64,000 bases of DNA from Octopus bimaculoides (Eukaryota). Made by a program: the position numbers and the translations under genes. The stretch covers positions 10,228,094-10,292,093 of the forward strand of contig NC_068989.1 in assembly GCF_001194135.2 (NCBI RefSeq). Direction: 5' to 3'. Shown in pieces: positions 63,131-64,000 of this stretch (position 1 is the stretch's first letter; each line of letters opens with the position of its first letter). The notes below the pieces were generated by a model. It ran no database searches and had not been told where the DNA came from. It saw only the letters and a list, made by a program, of their open reading frames with translations.

Positions 63131-63420
63131 TACATGATTTTACTAGTTGTATTATTACTGCATGCTTTCACCGCTTAACTGAGCAAAGCCTTGTGTGTCC
63201 CTTAGGTATGTACAGTGTTTTTATTTTCATCATTGTATTAATAGTGCTCTACATGTGTTACAATCCCAGGTGGTGCTATTTTGGTGTGTGATTAAATGCA
63301 AGAATTTAAGATACGTATTCATGTCTCTTAATAATTTTGGTTCTTATATGCTTTTTGGTTTTTGAATAAGAGGTGGAGATCGTTATTGCTTCCTTCTTAT
63401 TTCCAGATATTTTTATATAT

Positions 63421-63662
63421 TCAACCCTCAAGCATTCAGACTACTCCAAATGTACTCTCTTTTACTCTTTTACTTGTTTCAGTCATTTGACTGTGGCCAT
63501 GCTGGAGCACCACCTTTAGTCGAGCAAATCGACCCCAGGATTTATTCTTTGGAAGCCTAGTCTATCGGTCTCTTTTGCTGAACCGCTAAGTTACGGGGAT
63601 GTAAACACACCAGCATCGGTTGTCAAGCGATGTTGGGGGGACAAACAGACACACAAACATAT

Positions 63663-63716
<54 letters not shown>

Positions 63717-63990
63717 GACGGGCTTCTTTCAGTTTCCGTCTACCATATCCACTCACAAGGCTTTGGTCGGCCCAAGGCTATAGTAGAAGACACTTGCCCA
63801 AGGTGCCACGCAGTGGGACTGAACCCAGAACCATGTGGTTGGTAAACAAGTTACTTACCACACAGCCACTCCGACGTGATTGCTTATTTTTAGAATGACA
63901 TTGTAGAGTAGGTGCAAGAGGCTAAATAAATCTGGTCAGTTTGAACATAGAACTGGTAGAATATTTTGACCTATTTAAACGCTAAAGGAC
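63421..63990. mobile_element. piggyBac-like MITE (9328 family) interrupted by a family A SINE (63453-63872, minus strand)
   Basis: tcaaccctcaagcattcagactac on the left and ttatttttagaatgacattgtag...aaacgctaaagg on the right, with a full-length family A copy between. Confidence 0.75.
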
Positions 63991-64000
63991 TAAATAATTC

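Larger units (their letters stand above)
31047..64000 (-). other. Intron upstream of the kinase exon (at least 33 kb)
   Basis: The expected preceding exon (DPAGIFELxEVVGNGTYGQVYK) was not found by eye between 31047 and 64000. The sequence is repeat-dense and non-coding. Confidence 0.65.

Overview
AT-rich eukaryotic DNA from a gapped short-read assembly, with seven N-gaps. The dense tRNA-headed SINEs, RTE-tailed short repeats, TTAA/TA/8-bp-TSD MITEs and (TA)n/(CA)n/(GA)n tracts point to an octopus (coleoid cephalopod) genome; this is an inference. I can support only one host coding exon: a 57-nt, phase-0 exon on the minus strand (30990-31046, GRHTKTGQLAAIKVMNVTE) of a Misshapen/MAP4K4/TNIK/MINK1-type STE20 kinase, carrying the beta3 catalytic lysine. 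The flanking kinase exons were not found, so the rest of the window reads as two very large introns (at least 31 kb and 33 kb). They hold a fossil SPIN/GTF2IRD2-type hAT transposase, RTE LINE fragments, a CCHC ORF1/gag relic, a Penelope-like end with a minimal hammerhead ribozyme motif, several SINE and MITE families, and a 10-copy octamer/E-box minisatellite grown inside a SINE. None of the supplied six-frame ORFs looks like an intact gene. Repeat coordinates are read by eye and are approximate to within about 10-20 bp unless TIR/TSD positions are quoted.
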